A DNA stretch of 57,474 bases, the filler included, from Ionaspis alba (lineage: Eukaryota): NCBI GenBank assembly GCA_964255285.1. It is 4 parts of 4 records of this genome, joined end to end, with 100 filler letters (N's around TTAATTAATTAA, not from the genome) between each part and the next. Parts side by side here need not be neighbours in the genome. Positions count along the whole stretch, not along the records: positions 43,203 to 57,474 come from CAXUUL010000429.1; 3 more parts are not named here. One strand, given 5' to 3'. Of this stretch, positions 45,026 to 57,474 are shown piece after piece. Made by a program: the position numbers and the translations under genes. The notes below the pieces were generated by a model that saw only the letters and a list, made by a program, of their open reading frames with translations, searched no databases and was not told the origin of the DNA. How positions within the stretch are numbered: position 1 is the first letter of the stretch; every line of letters begins with the position of its first letter.

Positions 45026-45816
45026 TCAAGCACCTACCATCCGTCTCACCTTCTCCAATAGCACTCCGCTTTCCCTTCCCAGCCTTCTTTGCCCATCCTT
45101 CCCTACTCTCCTCGCCTTCGCCATAGCTCTCCTCTCCCTCTCCCTAATCTCCATTTTCCTTTCCCGCTCCTTTCTCGCTACTTCGGCTGCTTCCCGCCTC
45201 TTCTTCGCCTCTTCCTTCTTCCTCGCGGCTTCACGGGCTTCTTGTGCAAAGGGAACCGGTTTCGGTTTTCGATGACGGGGTTTCGAGTTCGCAGACCTCG
45301 AGGCTTCGAAATTGGTAATATCAGCAGCGGGAGGTGCATCAAGCATAGCCTGCCGTGCAGGATGAAGGTCGAGGCTTGCTGGCTCGGCTGCTTGCGCGAA
45401 CACTGAGGTGATATTGGGCGGTGGTGGCGAGGAGCGGGCTTTTAGTTTGGCGTAGGATTGCTTTACCTTCGCTTTGTGGATGAGGTTCTTTTTGATCTTC
45501 TGGACTGTGCTTCGTGAGCTTTCTAAATTTGTGGCCAGACTGGAAGCACGGTGCGTACCTTTTCGCCGGTGGGTCCCATCTGGAAGGTTATCTGGTCCTA
45601 CAGAGAATCCTTTCTTGGGCTTTTTNNNNNNNNNNNNNNNNNNNNNNNNNNNNNNNNNNNNNNNNNNNNNNNNNNNNNNNNNNNNNNNNNNNNNNNNNNN
45701 NNNNNNNNNNNNNNNNNNNNNNNNNGGTTATCTGGTCCTACAGAGAATCCTTTCTTGGGCTTTTTGGAGGTTGGTTCTGAACCTTCTGCATGTTCGATAG
45801 AACGTTTGGAGGCCAT
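45026..45816 (-). CDS. basic coiled-coil rRNA-processing protein (Fyv7-like)
   Basis: KKGFSVGPDNLPDGTHRRK|…QKIKKNLIHKAKVKQSYAK…LHPARQAML…RLGRESGVLLEKVRRMVG; spans a spurious gap. Confidence 0.7.
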
Positions 45817-46124
45817 TTAATGTGATCAATACTCGAGATTCACGATCAAGAGTAAGGTTCAATTTCTTAAGATAAGTGTCAGTAATTCTTTCATAACAGT
45901 AACAGGAGCGAGATGGAGAATAGTATCTCCTAAAACCGACGTCCTTAACCGAGAAACGTCTAACTCGTAATCTCATACTAAATTAATAAATAGTCCTCCT
46001 AAGGTGTACGGGAGAATTCATAACATTGCTAGCTACAGCGGACTGTCCTATATCATTCACGACTACTTCGCCGTTGCTTTTATACCATTCAATGTCCTGC
46101 GTTTCGTAGACGACAACACCTCTT

Positions 46125-46738
46125 CTAACACGCTTGTTCCAGAACTCCATTGGCGGCCATTGTGGAGATGGGTATACAACAAGCCATGCCTCCGTACTCA
46201 TTGAACAACGGGGTGGGCATAGCAGGATTGATAGCAGCACAATCAGCGCTTCCTTGAGCGACTGCGCCAGGGAGAATACCCGGAACAGTTGTGGTCACAG
46301 CCGGTAGGGTGACAGCTGGTAAGGTGGTGGTTACCGCCGGCAAAGTGGTGGTCACAGCGGGTAAGGTCGTAGTCACCGCCGGTAAAGTAGTGGTGACAGC
46401 AGGTAGGGTCGTTCTGCACGACGCTGCACATGCTAGAATACAATTCTAATAAGCACTGCTCTTGGCACAGAAGTCGTGGGAACATTTGAGGTAGAAAAGC
46501 ATACCCTGAGGTGCTGGAGGTGCTGGTGTATATACAGGCCCACCTACTGGTGCAGGTGGATTGCTGGGCCCTCTGACGATTATCGGTATTCCCTTCCAAA
46601 AGTCAACGTGAGCCGTCAACACATTTCTAGGACTATACGTACCCACCAGATCACTTGGCCAGCTGGACCGGCCTCTCCGTATCCAAGGAGGACACCACCG
46701 GTGAATACCGTTCCCGCAAGAAGACGAGAGAAGTACAT
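46125..46738 (-). CDS. small secreted Cys-containing protein with TTTLPAV repeats, 3 exons
   Basis: signal-like MYFSRLLAGTVFTGGVLLGYGEA; introns gtacgt…gaag and gtatgc…ctag give an open frame; Pro-rich linker, CAASC, repeats, C-terminal C…CC…C. Confidence 0.65.
46291..46412. repeat. 21-bp coding repeat (TTTLPAV) x5-6
   Basis: translation TTLPAVTTTLPAVTTTLPAVTTTLPAVTTTLPAVTLPAVTTT. Confidence 0.85.
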
Positions 46739-48625
46739 CGTTGGACAAATAAAACCGATATAGACTGAATGAGGGTTGAAGAGTCAAGGAAAGGTAGCTG
46801 GGATATGTGATGAGCACAACAGACCAGCAACAACAAAGCTCAAGACAAGGCTTCTCCACTTTATACCACGCTTGCACTCGATCAGAGTCAGTCATGTGTG
46901 ATCAGAATTTGGGGTCCGAAGATCGATCGTAGACCACCAACATGCAATTTACACTTTTCCGACTGTTCTGTTAGACAGCTACAAAAGAGACCGAGGATCT
47001 CCTTCGAGTTGCACCTCATACCGGCGTCTGTATGCGACGGCTACGATTCTGCATATTGTTGGTATGAGGAAACGAAAGCTTGGTGCGCAAATATTGCTCT
47101 GCAATTCATTGTGAATATGATCTCCAGGTAGAATTGGCTGCACGTATCAATTTGACTTCAACCTAGAGATGGTCAGGCATATGCGACACTGGTCACAGCA
47201 TCTTGCATGAGGGTCTTTCTGCGTGTGTTGGTACGATCTCTTCCATCGATTCATCTGCTCCACTTGGAAGGTGGAGACCGTGAACAGCAGCGACGTTAGC
47301 GTTTATTTGCTAAACTAGCGTGCTACTACCACGGCTGCGGGCCGACCCAAGCGAGTTAAACGTTTTCCGACGAGCGGAGTCGTCTCCGAGAACCGTACGA
47401 AGTATAGCTAAAATCTTATCATTTTCTGAAGGACTTTTGCAGGCAGTCTTGTGCTAGATGGACATTGAGGAGAGAAATCTTCAGTCTCCAGGCCTCTTCG
47501 AGTTGCTACTCTCTGCTCTTGCCTTTCCACGATGCTGGAGTACTCCCGAAGAATATACACGTGCAACAGCATCATCAAAAGCCGCTCTCCTGCTTGTGCA
47601 GACCCCACTGGCCGCATCTCCACAAAACAGCTTAGCTATCGTCTTTTCCCCACAACGTGTTCCGAGGAGCCGTGGAGCCGAACCAACAGAATTCCATCGG
47701 CTTCGCCTATAGATCTGCAGGTTGATTCATATCTAAACATCCAAGACATTCTCAGCTGGCATTGTGTTGCCACAAAGAACCATGTGAAGCCGACATGATA
47801 CCGATATATGGCACTCATTCTGCAGCGGATGGTCGGCTCTAATACCAGGATCCTGATGAGTACTGCGTTTGTGGTGCAGGATGGTTTCATACCTTTGAGG
47901 TAGCCCTCATAATGTGAAGACTATGCTGTTACCTGCACGTGAAATATATCAGAAGCCCGGACGGTCAATCTTTATAGCTTTGCTATATGAAGATGTTGCA
48001 TTTTGCTCCTTGATATATATTTCCGGCTTTGCATCAGTTGTTTGTCCTTTTATCGAATACCACCCTCTTGTATACTTTAGACGCATCAGTTGGTGGTACG
48101 ACTTCGACTTGCCTTCCTTATGACCTCCTACTGCGTTCGATCTACTGCATTGACTTCTCCGCTGATGCAAGTAGTATTGGTACTAGTCTGATCTTGGCTA
48201 TGCGTCTCCTTTGATTTGCATAGGCAATAGCAGCATTACATCTTTTGGTTCCTCCTAGATCCAAAAACTATACTTTGATTCGTCATGGAGCATGCAACCG
48301 GACACGCAACAACTAACCATTGAGAGCATCTTGATTCATTTGACCACGTTCTCAGTGATCATACGACCGGCTACAAGAGGAGATATTTAGGTCGTGCATC
48401 GTTAACGCACTTCGACGCCTTCGATCTCGGATATGCCACTCGAGTGTTGCTTATCTTGTGGAGATCGTCGATTCCGAAGACGGTCAAGCACCCACAAGTA
48501 TCTAGGACTGTGTTCAAGTGGGCATGTCTATATAACTGTCCAGGCCAGGTTGTGTTCAATTGCTTCTTGTGTTCAGCAGCAGATTCTAAAATATTATCCT
48601 TGGGTCTTGAACCTAGGTTATCAGA

Positions 48626-51600
48626 ATGCGGGGCTATCATTTCTTTCCTCTGCTCGTCTCTTTGAGCGCTACAATTACTGGTTATTTGGTTCAAGCTCAA
48701 GAGCCGGGCATCTGTCCTCAAGACAATGGCAAATATAGGACAACCTCAGCCGGTACGTGCTTTTCCTTTCTCTATCTGATTCTAATATCAGTTTTCGTTG
48801 AATACTATATACCTACGGTGGCTTCACTCTGTCCAAATCCATAGTCATTAGTCTGTGGTACTTCAATTGACCTCTTTCTCCCGTGCTCATGAGCTCGTTA
48901 CGCATGTGATACGACGTATTTGCTTTGGCAACTGAGCACTGACACTGCTCCCAGGGACCTTCCTGATTACCTGTGGCATGAAGTCTGCACGCAACATGAT
49001 GGGGCCTCCTAATCCTGAGACAAAACCCAGCTTCGCTGCCTGTATCGATGCCTGTGCTGCAAGAGCTGGTTGCAAAAGCGTGGACTACAACGCTGATACG
49101 TCAGCTTGCACTTATTTGGGTGGTGCATATGTATGTCGTCGATTTAGTGAACGCCTCAAATCGCAATCGAGCCATGTGCGCTTTGTGGAGCTCGTCTCGG
49201 CTCATATGCTCAAGTCTATCATACTGTTCGATAACTGATGTATGTCCAAATATCTAGGTACCTGCGCTTGCCAGCGCTAGCGGTCCAACAGTCCATAATG
49301 CCCGCCTTGCCACCAAGCCTGCAGACACGGCCAACACAGGAACGGGTGGCACGTCTGGGACGGGATCAGGAGGTACCTCTGGAACAGGGTCGGGATCGGG
49401 AGGTACCTCTGGAACAGGATCGGGATCAGGAGGCACCTCTGGAACAGGGTCGGGATCAGGAGGTACCTCTGGAANNNNNNNNNNNNNNNNNNNNNNNNNN
49501 NNNNNNNNNNNNNNNNNNNNNNNNNNNNNNNNNNNNNNNNNNNNNNNNNNNNNNNNNNNNNNNNNNNNNNNNNNTCGGGATCAGGAGGCACCTCTGGAAC
49601 AGGGTCGGGATCAGGAGGTACCTCTGGAACAGGATCGGGCTCTACGACCGGAGGACAGACAGGAGGTGGATCCAATCAAGTGCCTATCGGTGGTTCCTCT
49701 GGAACGTCAACAGGATCTGGCTCAACCCCAGGATCCAGCTCATTTGTGTACACAGAAGATGCAAAATGCAATGGGGCACATAACAAGGTGTACATATCTA
49801 GTGATGGTAAGATCTTCTGAAGTTCCAACTGCATGTTTGCAGCGTGCTATCTTTGAATCTCTACACAAGAAAGCTGCTGAGCATTTATCCTAGGCACTTA
49901 TTACATAATTCAGTGCAATTACCAGGCCAGTCGGACTCTGATTAATAGCGGAACGTCGCAAGGGTTGAAAGAATGTGCGTATGGGTTGAACACTGAAGCG
50001 AATTCTGCAGTTTACTAATAAGCGTAGGTGCTGAAAGGTGTTCGGCCACGGTAAGCCGTATTCCTAGATCAAGCCTAAGCATCTCTGATCTTAGAACAGA
50101 ATGGCTGTCTTTCGGTACAATTCAATGCTCGTGCACTACCCGGAAGTACGGACTCTCTGGGCACCTGTCGCCTTTACGGAGAGGGGGACGCCGCTACACA
50201 AAGGAGCGAATCACATGACTTTGCGTATGTCAATCCAGCCTCGGTCCTTTTGGAGTGATCATAAGCCGTCTCTGATGTAATTCTTAGCTACGCTATTGAT
50301 CCGCCCACCCAAGACGCTCCAGATTTCCCTAATCAGTTATGCACCACTGTAAGTACCACTACATTCCTTTGATCAATCCAGGCTAACAGCTGCAGGCATG
50401 TCCTTACTCAGTATGATTTGACTCGTCCATATACCACGTAAGTGGGTGGGCTAATAGTACCTAGGATGGGATGACATATACTTCGTCGTTCGGAGAAGCA
50501 TTCAAAATGGACTGCGGAAAGCGGCATGGAACAGCCATCCTGTCCATGAGTTATACCGACACTTTCAACCAATGCGAGTAGCTAAATCTGCTTCTATGGT
50601 AGGTCTTCGCTGATGGCATTCTTAGGCATGGACAACTGTGCGAAGATTGTTGCGTGTCACAGCGTCGATTATCAAGCCCGTAAGCGGAGCCGTTCCCATC
50701 CAATCGTGCTCTAGAGACTGACAAGTGGTGACCAGGGACTAAGAAATGCTATTACGGAACCCACCACGGCAACCCTATGATAATGGCAACAGGCTTTGAT
50801 AGTGCACACAGCGTGGGATGTGCAAATGCTTGTGGAGAAGGCTGCTGTGGTTGCGGCAAAAAGGTTGGTCAAACACAGCTCCATTTCCTTCAACTGTTGC
50901 GGCCGCGTTCCGTCCCGACACTATATATCTTGATGTGAATGTGTCACGCGATGCGGCGCTATCTTTCATCTCTCAAATGTGTTTCTCCGTCCTGTGGGCT
51001 GCTGTATAATTGATGGAAAATGCTACCAATACAATCTTGCGCACTCATCACTGACCTCCGCTAGTCTGAAACCCAAGAACCCGAATTGCCCAAGAAGGCG
51101 GATATATCTTGTGGCAATCAGGGTCTTGCATATGCTGTATATCCCAACAAGAAGGCCGACGGCACAAATAACGCGTATACCGATGGCTATCCTAGCTTCG
51201 ACCCCAACCTCTTCAAGACCATGGCACCAGAATATTCCGGCAATACCAAAAATTTTGGTTTTCCAAATACCCAGAACATATATGCGCAAGCACCGAAAAC
51301 GCCCGATTATGTCACCGTCAATCACAGAGGCTACATCTTTGCGGAGCAGTCTGGCGAATACACGTTTACTTTCCCGTCCATTGATAACATTGCTTTGCTC
51401 TGGGTTGGCACGACAGCTTATTACGACTACACTCGCAGCAACGCCAACCTTGAACAGCTATACGTCGCGGCGGGAGGGCAACCGGTGCAATACAAGGCCA
51501 CGTTCACAGCGGGACAGTATTACCCCTTCCGAGCCATGTTCGGCAATGGCGGAGGCCCCGGAAACTTCAAGCTCAGCATCAAAGGACCGGATGGGAAAGT

Positions 51601-52070
51601 CATCCTCGACGACACCACGGCCGTCTCGCCAGCCATTGTCCAGTATTCCTGCGATGGTGTCTCGGCACCTAAATTCCCGGAATTTGGAGCCGAGGGTCCT
51701 GCTCCCACGGCTCTTTCAACTACGGAAGGCTGCCCTGCCCTGGACCAGCAGCTTCGAACTGTTGATGGGCGTCTGTATAAGATCTTCTGCGGTGCTTACA
51801 CAACAGCGGGTAATGAGATCCGTTACGATCAGCGTTCGTTTGCGGACTGCTTAAAGGCGTGCTCGGCCGAGCCAACTTGTCAGCAGATTGATTTCACGGG
51901 AACTGGTATGTCCTTGTGTTGTTTCTTGTGTGGTCGAGTATGCTAAATTGATTTCAATTCTAGCTGCCATGGGAACTTGCTGGTTGAAGACTGCTGTTGA
52001 ATCTGGACCTGCCCGGCTCAACCAAGGGTCCAACGCAATTTCCGCCTATGCGTGGCCGCCAAAGAAGTAA
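48626..52070 (+). CDS. secreted adhesin/lectin-like protein with PAN/apple-like Cys modules, Gly/Ser/Thr repeat and GLEYA (PA14-like) domain; many introns
   Basis: signal peptide MRGYHFFPLLVSLSATITGYLVQA; FAACIDACAARAGCKSVDY and FADCLKACSAEPTCQQIDF apple-like modules; NHRGYIFAEQSGEYTF…DNIALLWVG…GQYYPFRAMFGNGGGP GLEYA motif. Confidence 0.8.
49350..49640. repeat. 30-bp coding tandem repeat (GGTSGTGSGS), collapsed at gap 49475-49574
   Basis: ggaggtacctctggaacagggtcgggatca units on both sides of the gap. Confidence 0.9.
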
Positions 52071-52111
52071 TGTCGTTGGATGAAGGACGTTGAGTCGTAG
52101 GGAAAGGCTGT

Positions 52112-52138
52112 GGAAGAAGAAGAAGAAGAAGAAGAAGA
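52112..52138. repeat. (GAA)9 microsatellite in 3' region
   Basis: gaagaagaa… run. Confidence 0.85.
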
Positions 52139-52685
52139 AAAGCTTGCTTGATTCGGGCCATTTGCCCTTCCTACCGCGTGATTTGTCGTCGTTGCTTTGT
52201 ATATTCATGGGAGTCATCGTTAGCTTGTGGTAGTCCCATTCGATTATTGGCCTCGAAAGGTGCTCAGATTCCTGTGATCTAGATCCTGGATTGTCCAATA
52301 ATCCTAGCTTTCAGGAAATAACGGACCTTGTTATCCAAGCTATTTGTGGCAACAAACATTCCCAACTTCTTCAAAAATTGCCAGAGCAAAATAACACTTG
52401 GAGAGGATGCGATGATTGAGCTGTAGTGCTCAGCAGACAACGATACAGCCATACGAGTTGGAACTGAGCAGTTAAAACTTGTATTAAGCTCCCTTCTCCA
52501 GCTTGCGACAACAAGTACAATGACTTTGCTCTTCCAACTGAGATCAAGACAGTACTCATTACCACTCCACCGGGACGAAAACGTTCATTCCAGTATTAAA
52601 GTCCAGTACCAACCTCTTCCGCCGAAATTCAGAGTAGAGACATAACATACCGCAGCGCTACTAGTAGCCATCCGCAACCTCCCAC

Positions 52686-54591
52686 TCAGAAGAAAGAAAT
52701 TATCCAAAACAGCTTGAAAAACATAGCCCTCTCACCGCCCCCTAAATTCTCGACATCAATACTGCTTGCGAAGAATTGAAATGAGGACATCGTCTGTTTG
52801 GTCACGACCGAATACAATGCAAAGGGCCCAGCGCTGCCGATCAGGTTCAACTGCACTATGGTCGAGGAATCGATTTTTGGGTTCTTGATCCCAGGCTGGG
52901 ATATTGGGAATGAAATGTCTGGGAATGAGATAGTGCCTTTCAGCGACTTAGGAGGATTGGCGGTTCGTAGCTGCGGGATAAAATGTGTTAGTAAGGCTGT
53001 AAGTGAAAAGGTAAGTAAGGAATGATGGCGCTTACCGCTGCGGTTATATTGAATGTGAACTCGTGAGGGCCTTCTGAAAAGTTGAAAGCGGCAATTCCGG
53101 GGCTAACGGACGAAAGCGTAGGAACCACGAACAGGTTGTCCTGCAGCGGAAGACGTTGGCCGCCTATTTGAATGCCGGAGAGGCCGCTGCTTCCGGCAAA
53201 AGAGACGGCAAATGGGTATTGGAAAACTGGGCCGTATATTGCGTTGCCACGATCTACGTGGTCGGTGGTGGCTACAACGTTAGTCGGAGTACGCTGCCCG
53301 AACCGATCAATAACTGTGATGGTTAAGCTCTTGGGAGCAGGAGCATTCCCTGGAGCTTCGATATAGCGGATGTAGCCGCCAAGAGTCAGTTTGCCACTCC
53401 AGTCAACATTGAGAGTGAGGTTGTGGTATTTCAGTTCACGTGGGTCCAAGACAGGAGTCAATGTCACTCCGCGCGGGACCGTGTTGAGCATACGAGCGAA
53501 GAGATCCGCGCATGTGGATTGGAATTTCTCCGGTGATGCAGCTAGTCTCCGAATTGTGGCATTTCGGTCGGAGGAGAACAGGCGCAGATCGGATTGCACG
53601 GTCTTGTTCGTGGTGACGACGAGAGGGTCCGTAGACTCGCCACGGACATACTGCATGGCGACATTGTCGTCGAAGTTGGCAACAGTGTCATCCCATGCGA
53701 CTCGGCCATCAGCGTTGTTCGGGCCGACTGCCGACTCAGGAACAACCTGGGGAAAGGTGGCATGGTGCACACCTCCCATAGTATGTCCGCAAACGGTTAG
53801 CGCAATGGCGTCTTCCTGATTAAAACCGGCACGGGCCATATCGGCCAGGGTTGTCCGGATATCGGTTTCAGGCTCAGGAACCCCTTGGCGGCCAGGGCCT
53901 GTAGCATCGATACGTCCGCCGCGAAGGGCAACGGGTGCGCCGCCGCAGGTTCCCATTGCCATTGCTGCTCCTACTGCTATAAGATCTGCCATGGAGACTT
54001 TGGCGTTTACGAAGAAGCTGAAGAAGAAGAGAGAGTCGTCGAAAGCCGGGCCGGCGTTCTCGGGGCGATGTGTTTCGTAGCCGATAGAGGCGTCGATACC
54101 CCCGGTTCCGGCTAAGATGTCTGCGGTCACGAAATCATCTTCGGAGTGTCAGTATGTTTCCTTGATTTGGTCGGCTTTGCTTCAATGAACAATGCTGAAC
54201 GATATTGATCAAATGCTTCTCCCATCTTCAATCTTACAAAAGAGTCCTCGAGGGATCATCATAGCCAAGTACAGTGCAACTCAGAGACCTCCAAGATCTT
54301 TGTATAATTTGCAAAGCACACCAAGAAATCAAACTTACGGAAGGCAGTTCGTATCCATTGGGCCGTAGTCTGCCGTCCCAATGCATTGTTGGGCAGACCA
54401 CCAGTGCTAGAATCAACGTAGTTCGTGCAAGGTACGATGCCTCCAAGCTTGAAGCCGGCTGGGCCTGTATTATCGAAATAGACATGTTCGAGCTCATTCA
54501 TGACAAAGAGTTGTGACTCCGGAGGAATCTGGGCGGAGACCATGCCAACAGGTATAAGAAAAAGGCCGAGGCCTTTGAGGATTGTGAACAT
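52686..54591 (-). CDS. secreted fungal hybrid-type heme peroxidase (peroxidase-catalase superfamily), 3 exons
   Basis: signal peptide; distal WIRTAF|HD with the His codon split by an intron, TGGIDASI, ENAG, RGGRIDAT, proximal CGHTMGGVH, SDLRLFSSD. Confidence 0.88.
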
Positions 54592-55712
54592 GATGACAGA
54601 GTTTGATTCAATGTTAAGATAAAAGTCACTTGCAATCTAGAGGGTGTAAGTCCAGAACGAATAGATGTAAGGGAAAGCATCATTTAAATGTATTAGCATA
54701 GAGTTGCGGTGACCATTCTCTTCACTATGGTGAGTGTGCTGCGTGCTAATCTTGTAGTACGCAGCATATTCCTCGACAACGCGGCTTCACACGCAGTCAT
54801 CATCGCGATGTAACATGGAAAACCATCTACGGAGACCCTATCAGAAACAGTCTTCACCATCTCTTTCGGTAGGAATTCCATGTACTTCCCCACCCATTAG
54901 AAAAGGCAGCTGAAGATTACTCTCCACCAATTCGAGCGCCTGATATATAACAAAAATCGCTCGGTCTTATGACCATGGTCGAATGTTCTGGACAGCGCGG
55001 AGCATGAAGGTATCTTCCGGCCTTTGGACAAGCAGGGTCGGAGATGGCCCTGAATCGGATCTGCAGGCGTGGAAGCTGGCAATTGCGATCCTTGATCGCC
55101 TTTCCAGTAGGCTCTGCTTACTTGCGGGGAGCTGCATGTTTCCGAAGTGGCTGCATCAGTCGATAAGTCGCCAAGTGATACTGTTTTTGGTTGCCCTGCA
55201 GAGAGAATCCCTGGTGCTGTGTTGCGCTTACAGAACTTCATGGTTGGTGCGATTGTCGGCAATCAGGTAGATAAATGCAAATTCGGATTTCTCTAGCAGT
55301 ATATACCTCGTAACGGTGTGCCGCATCAATCATTTTCGAGACCACAATTCGGACGAACCCTCGAAAGGCAAATGGTTTGGCGTCTTTCTTCACCGGAGGC
55401 TTCGACGGTCACTAGGGCAAAAGGCCAAGAGCCACGCGAAAGGTGAGCGCTAAGATGTCAGATCCTTGTCGTCGCTTGCTGACTAACATAAGCTTACTCT
55501 AACATCGTGCCAAGAAATTCAACATCGGTTGCGCAATTCCCTTTCCTGGCCCGACTGCAGATGTCTTCCTTTCTGCTGGGGTTTTGCTCAGATGTGATTG
55601 GCCTGTTTGATAGAGACTTCCCATCGAGTCTCTGTAGCATGCATCTGGTAAACCATTGACATGGGACCTTTGTGCAAGTATCGCTCTTGCATTGTGGGTA
55701 GTGAGATCCATT

Positions 55713-57474
55713 CTATGCTTTACCTAAGAGCAAATCCGCACACCTCTGACCAATAAGATATGCGTTGATCTGGGTATGATTCGTCGTCAAGATCGGACAG
55801 ACACTCATGTCAGCGACCCGCAGTCCCTCCACGCCCACCACCTTGAAATCATTATTGACAACTTTGTCTGTCTCATCTGGTTTGCCCATGACACAAGCGC
55901 TCATTGCATGAAAGCCCTGGTTCAACGTTTCTTTGACAAACTGTGTCATAGTGGCCTCATCGTCGATGGCAGCCAACTCGTTATCATCATTGGGTGAGCG
56001 AGGACCAAACAGGACAGTTTTGATAATTGACGAGAAGGCTGGCGTGTTGGCTATTCCTACCATTTCCTTTAATGTCTCAACAGCCACGCGAACATCGTAG
56101 GGATGAGAAAGATAGCCAGGATCAATCACAGGGGGCTCTCGTGGATCCTTGCTGCCAAGCATTAGGCTGCCACGAGAAAGGCAGTTTTGGCACAAACCCT
56201 CCATCGAGAGAACTGACGTGTTCGCTGGAAGGGGTCCTTGATAGAAGAGCGGTCCACCGTGCAACCAGAGTTCCGTGGTAGGTCGTGTCTCTACTGTCAG
56301 AAAATCTTGGGTTACTGGAGGCAGTGCTTGGAATTCCTTCGACGCGAATACTTCAGGGAGTCGGGGGAATAGAACTGATGCACTCGCGCCGAACATTGCT
56401 AACGGACCAGTCTTCAGCGTTTCATATTCCTCACGGGCCGCAGCGAGGGCGGCCGGATCATTCATGAGCTGACTGTGCCCGGCAATGGTTGACTCGATGG
56501 TGAACTCGCAGCCCAGTGTGCAATGGTCGCGCAAATTCTGGCCAACAGCTGGGAGATCCTGAATTACGGGAATACCGTGCAAAGTCAGATGTTTTGCAGG
56601 TCCAATGCCTGAAAGAAGAAGTAAATGTGGCGACTGGAAACAGCCAGCTGTGAGAATGATCTCTTTCTTTGCGTGCACAGTGATTGGAATGTCCGAGTTA
56701 TTGCCTTTCAGAGGAAGGAGCTCGACTCCAGTTGCTTTCTTTCCGTCAAGTATTACCCTCGTGCAGACTGTTCTTGTGACAATTGATAAGTTCTTCAAAC
56801 GCAGGCGTGATTCTGGTGACAGGAAAGCGGTAGCACTCGTCATTCGAACTCCATTGTCGACGTTGAATTGCGCAACTGAAATCCCTACAGGGTCGCCGTC
56901 GTTGTGATCAGTGTTCACAACATGTCCAGCTTCTTGGCAGGCGAGCAGACAATATTTGATGAGTGGCTGCCATGCTTTTCCGTAGCCCACAGCAATAGGA
57001 CTACAAGTCTTTAGCATTCCTTTTCACGACACAGCAGTCTCCCAATTCGTCTTACCCTCCATTGCCGTGAGCTTCGGGACTCGGCATCGCGTACTTCTCC
57101 TCTCCTATCGGACATTGAGGTCTAAAGTCCTCCAGCTATGACGGTTCAGTATCCCACTAAGTATCGACTCTGTGCTTCAAACCTCGTTCAGGACCGGTAA
57201 TACACTCTCCCATCTCCACCATGGATCTCCCACAAGCTCAGCCCAATTATCATAATCAGCCTTTGGCCCTCGTACCCAGGCCATGAAATTGTTCGCCCTT
57301 GTCATACGGCTCAGTATAGCGCCCTGGATGCTTTGCTCCTCAATGCACTTACGAACTACCTCCCATACCACGACCACGAGGATATGTAATGACTCTATCA
57401 CCTAGCGCCTTCTGTGGCGTGGTGGAGTAAAGCCAATTGCCCTCTGGATTCCCATACTTCGAGAAGGTCAGACC
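55713..57474 (-). CDS. GMC oxidoreductase, 5' end outside window
   Basis: GSEKYGNPEG…/NFMAWVRGPKADYDNW; EIILTAGCFQSPHLLLLSGIGP; VGQNLRDH; SRGSL…PVIDPGYL; FHAMSACVMG…VVGVEGLRVADMS. Confidence 0.93.

Noticed and set aside
50979..51854. 291-aa plus-strand ORF
   Set aside because: Alternative frame overlapping the GLEYA-coding frame 51086-51946
55333..55341. TTTCGAGA half-matches outside contig 3 (also TTCGAGATG near 14791 and 18221)
   Set aside because: Single arms without the inverted partner; expected by chance

Overview
Filamentous-ascomycete (Pezizomycotina) genomic DNA with short GT-AG introns and CTRAY branch sites. The window is four separate ~14.3-kb contigs (1-14322, 14423-28723, 28824-43102, 43203-57474) joined by artificial N44-TTAATTAATTAA-N44 spacers in descending length order, so adjacency across spacers is not biological. 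Contigs 1, 2 and 4 carry ordinary genes: bHLH DevR-like factor, NOP12, DEP1-like, OB-fold protein, OPT transporter, RBR ligase, inositol monophosphatase, DUF676 lipase, NAD(P)-binding protein, rRNA-processing protein, secreted PAN/GLEYA adhesin, heme peroxidase and GMC oxidoreductase. Contig 3 has no housekeeping genes and has AT-rich ends. It carries about 8 complete and several degenerate copies of a ~26-bp palindrome (consensus TTTCGAGATGATCGATCATCTCGAAA) that I saw nowhere else in the window. The copies lie at gene boundaries, in an intron and in frame inside a CDS. Contig 3 encodes two paralogous helical proteins, an active-type plus a catalytically dead USP-like peptidase paralog, a K/P/S-repeat protein and a 1335-aa AT-hook protein whose motif order recalls Rep_trans rolling-circle initiators. 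It is the candidate undescribed system: possibly a large fungal mobile element with hairpin sites (inference).
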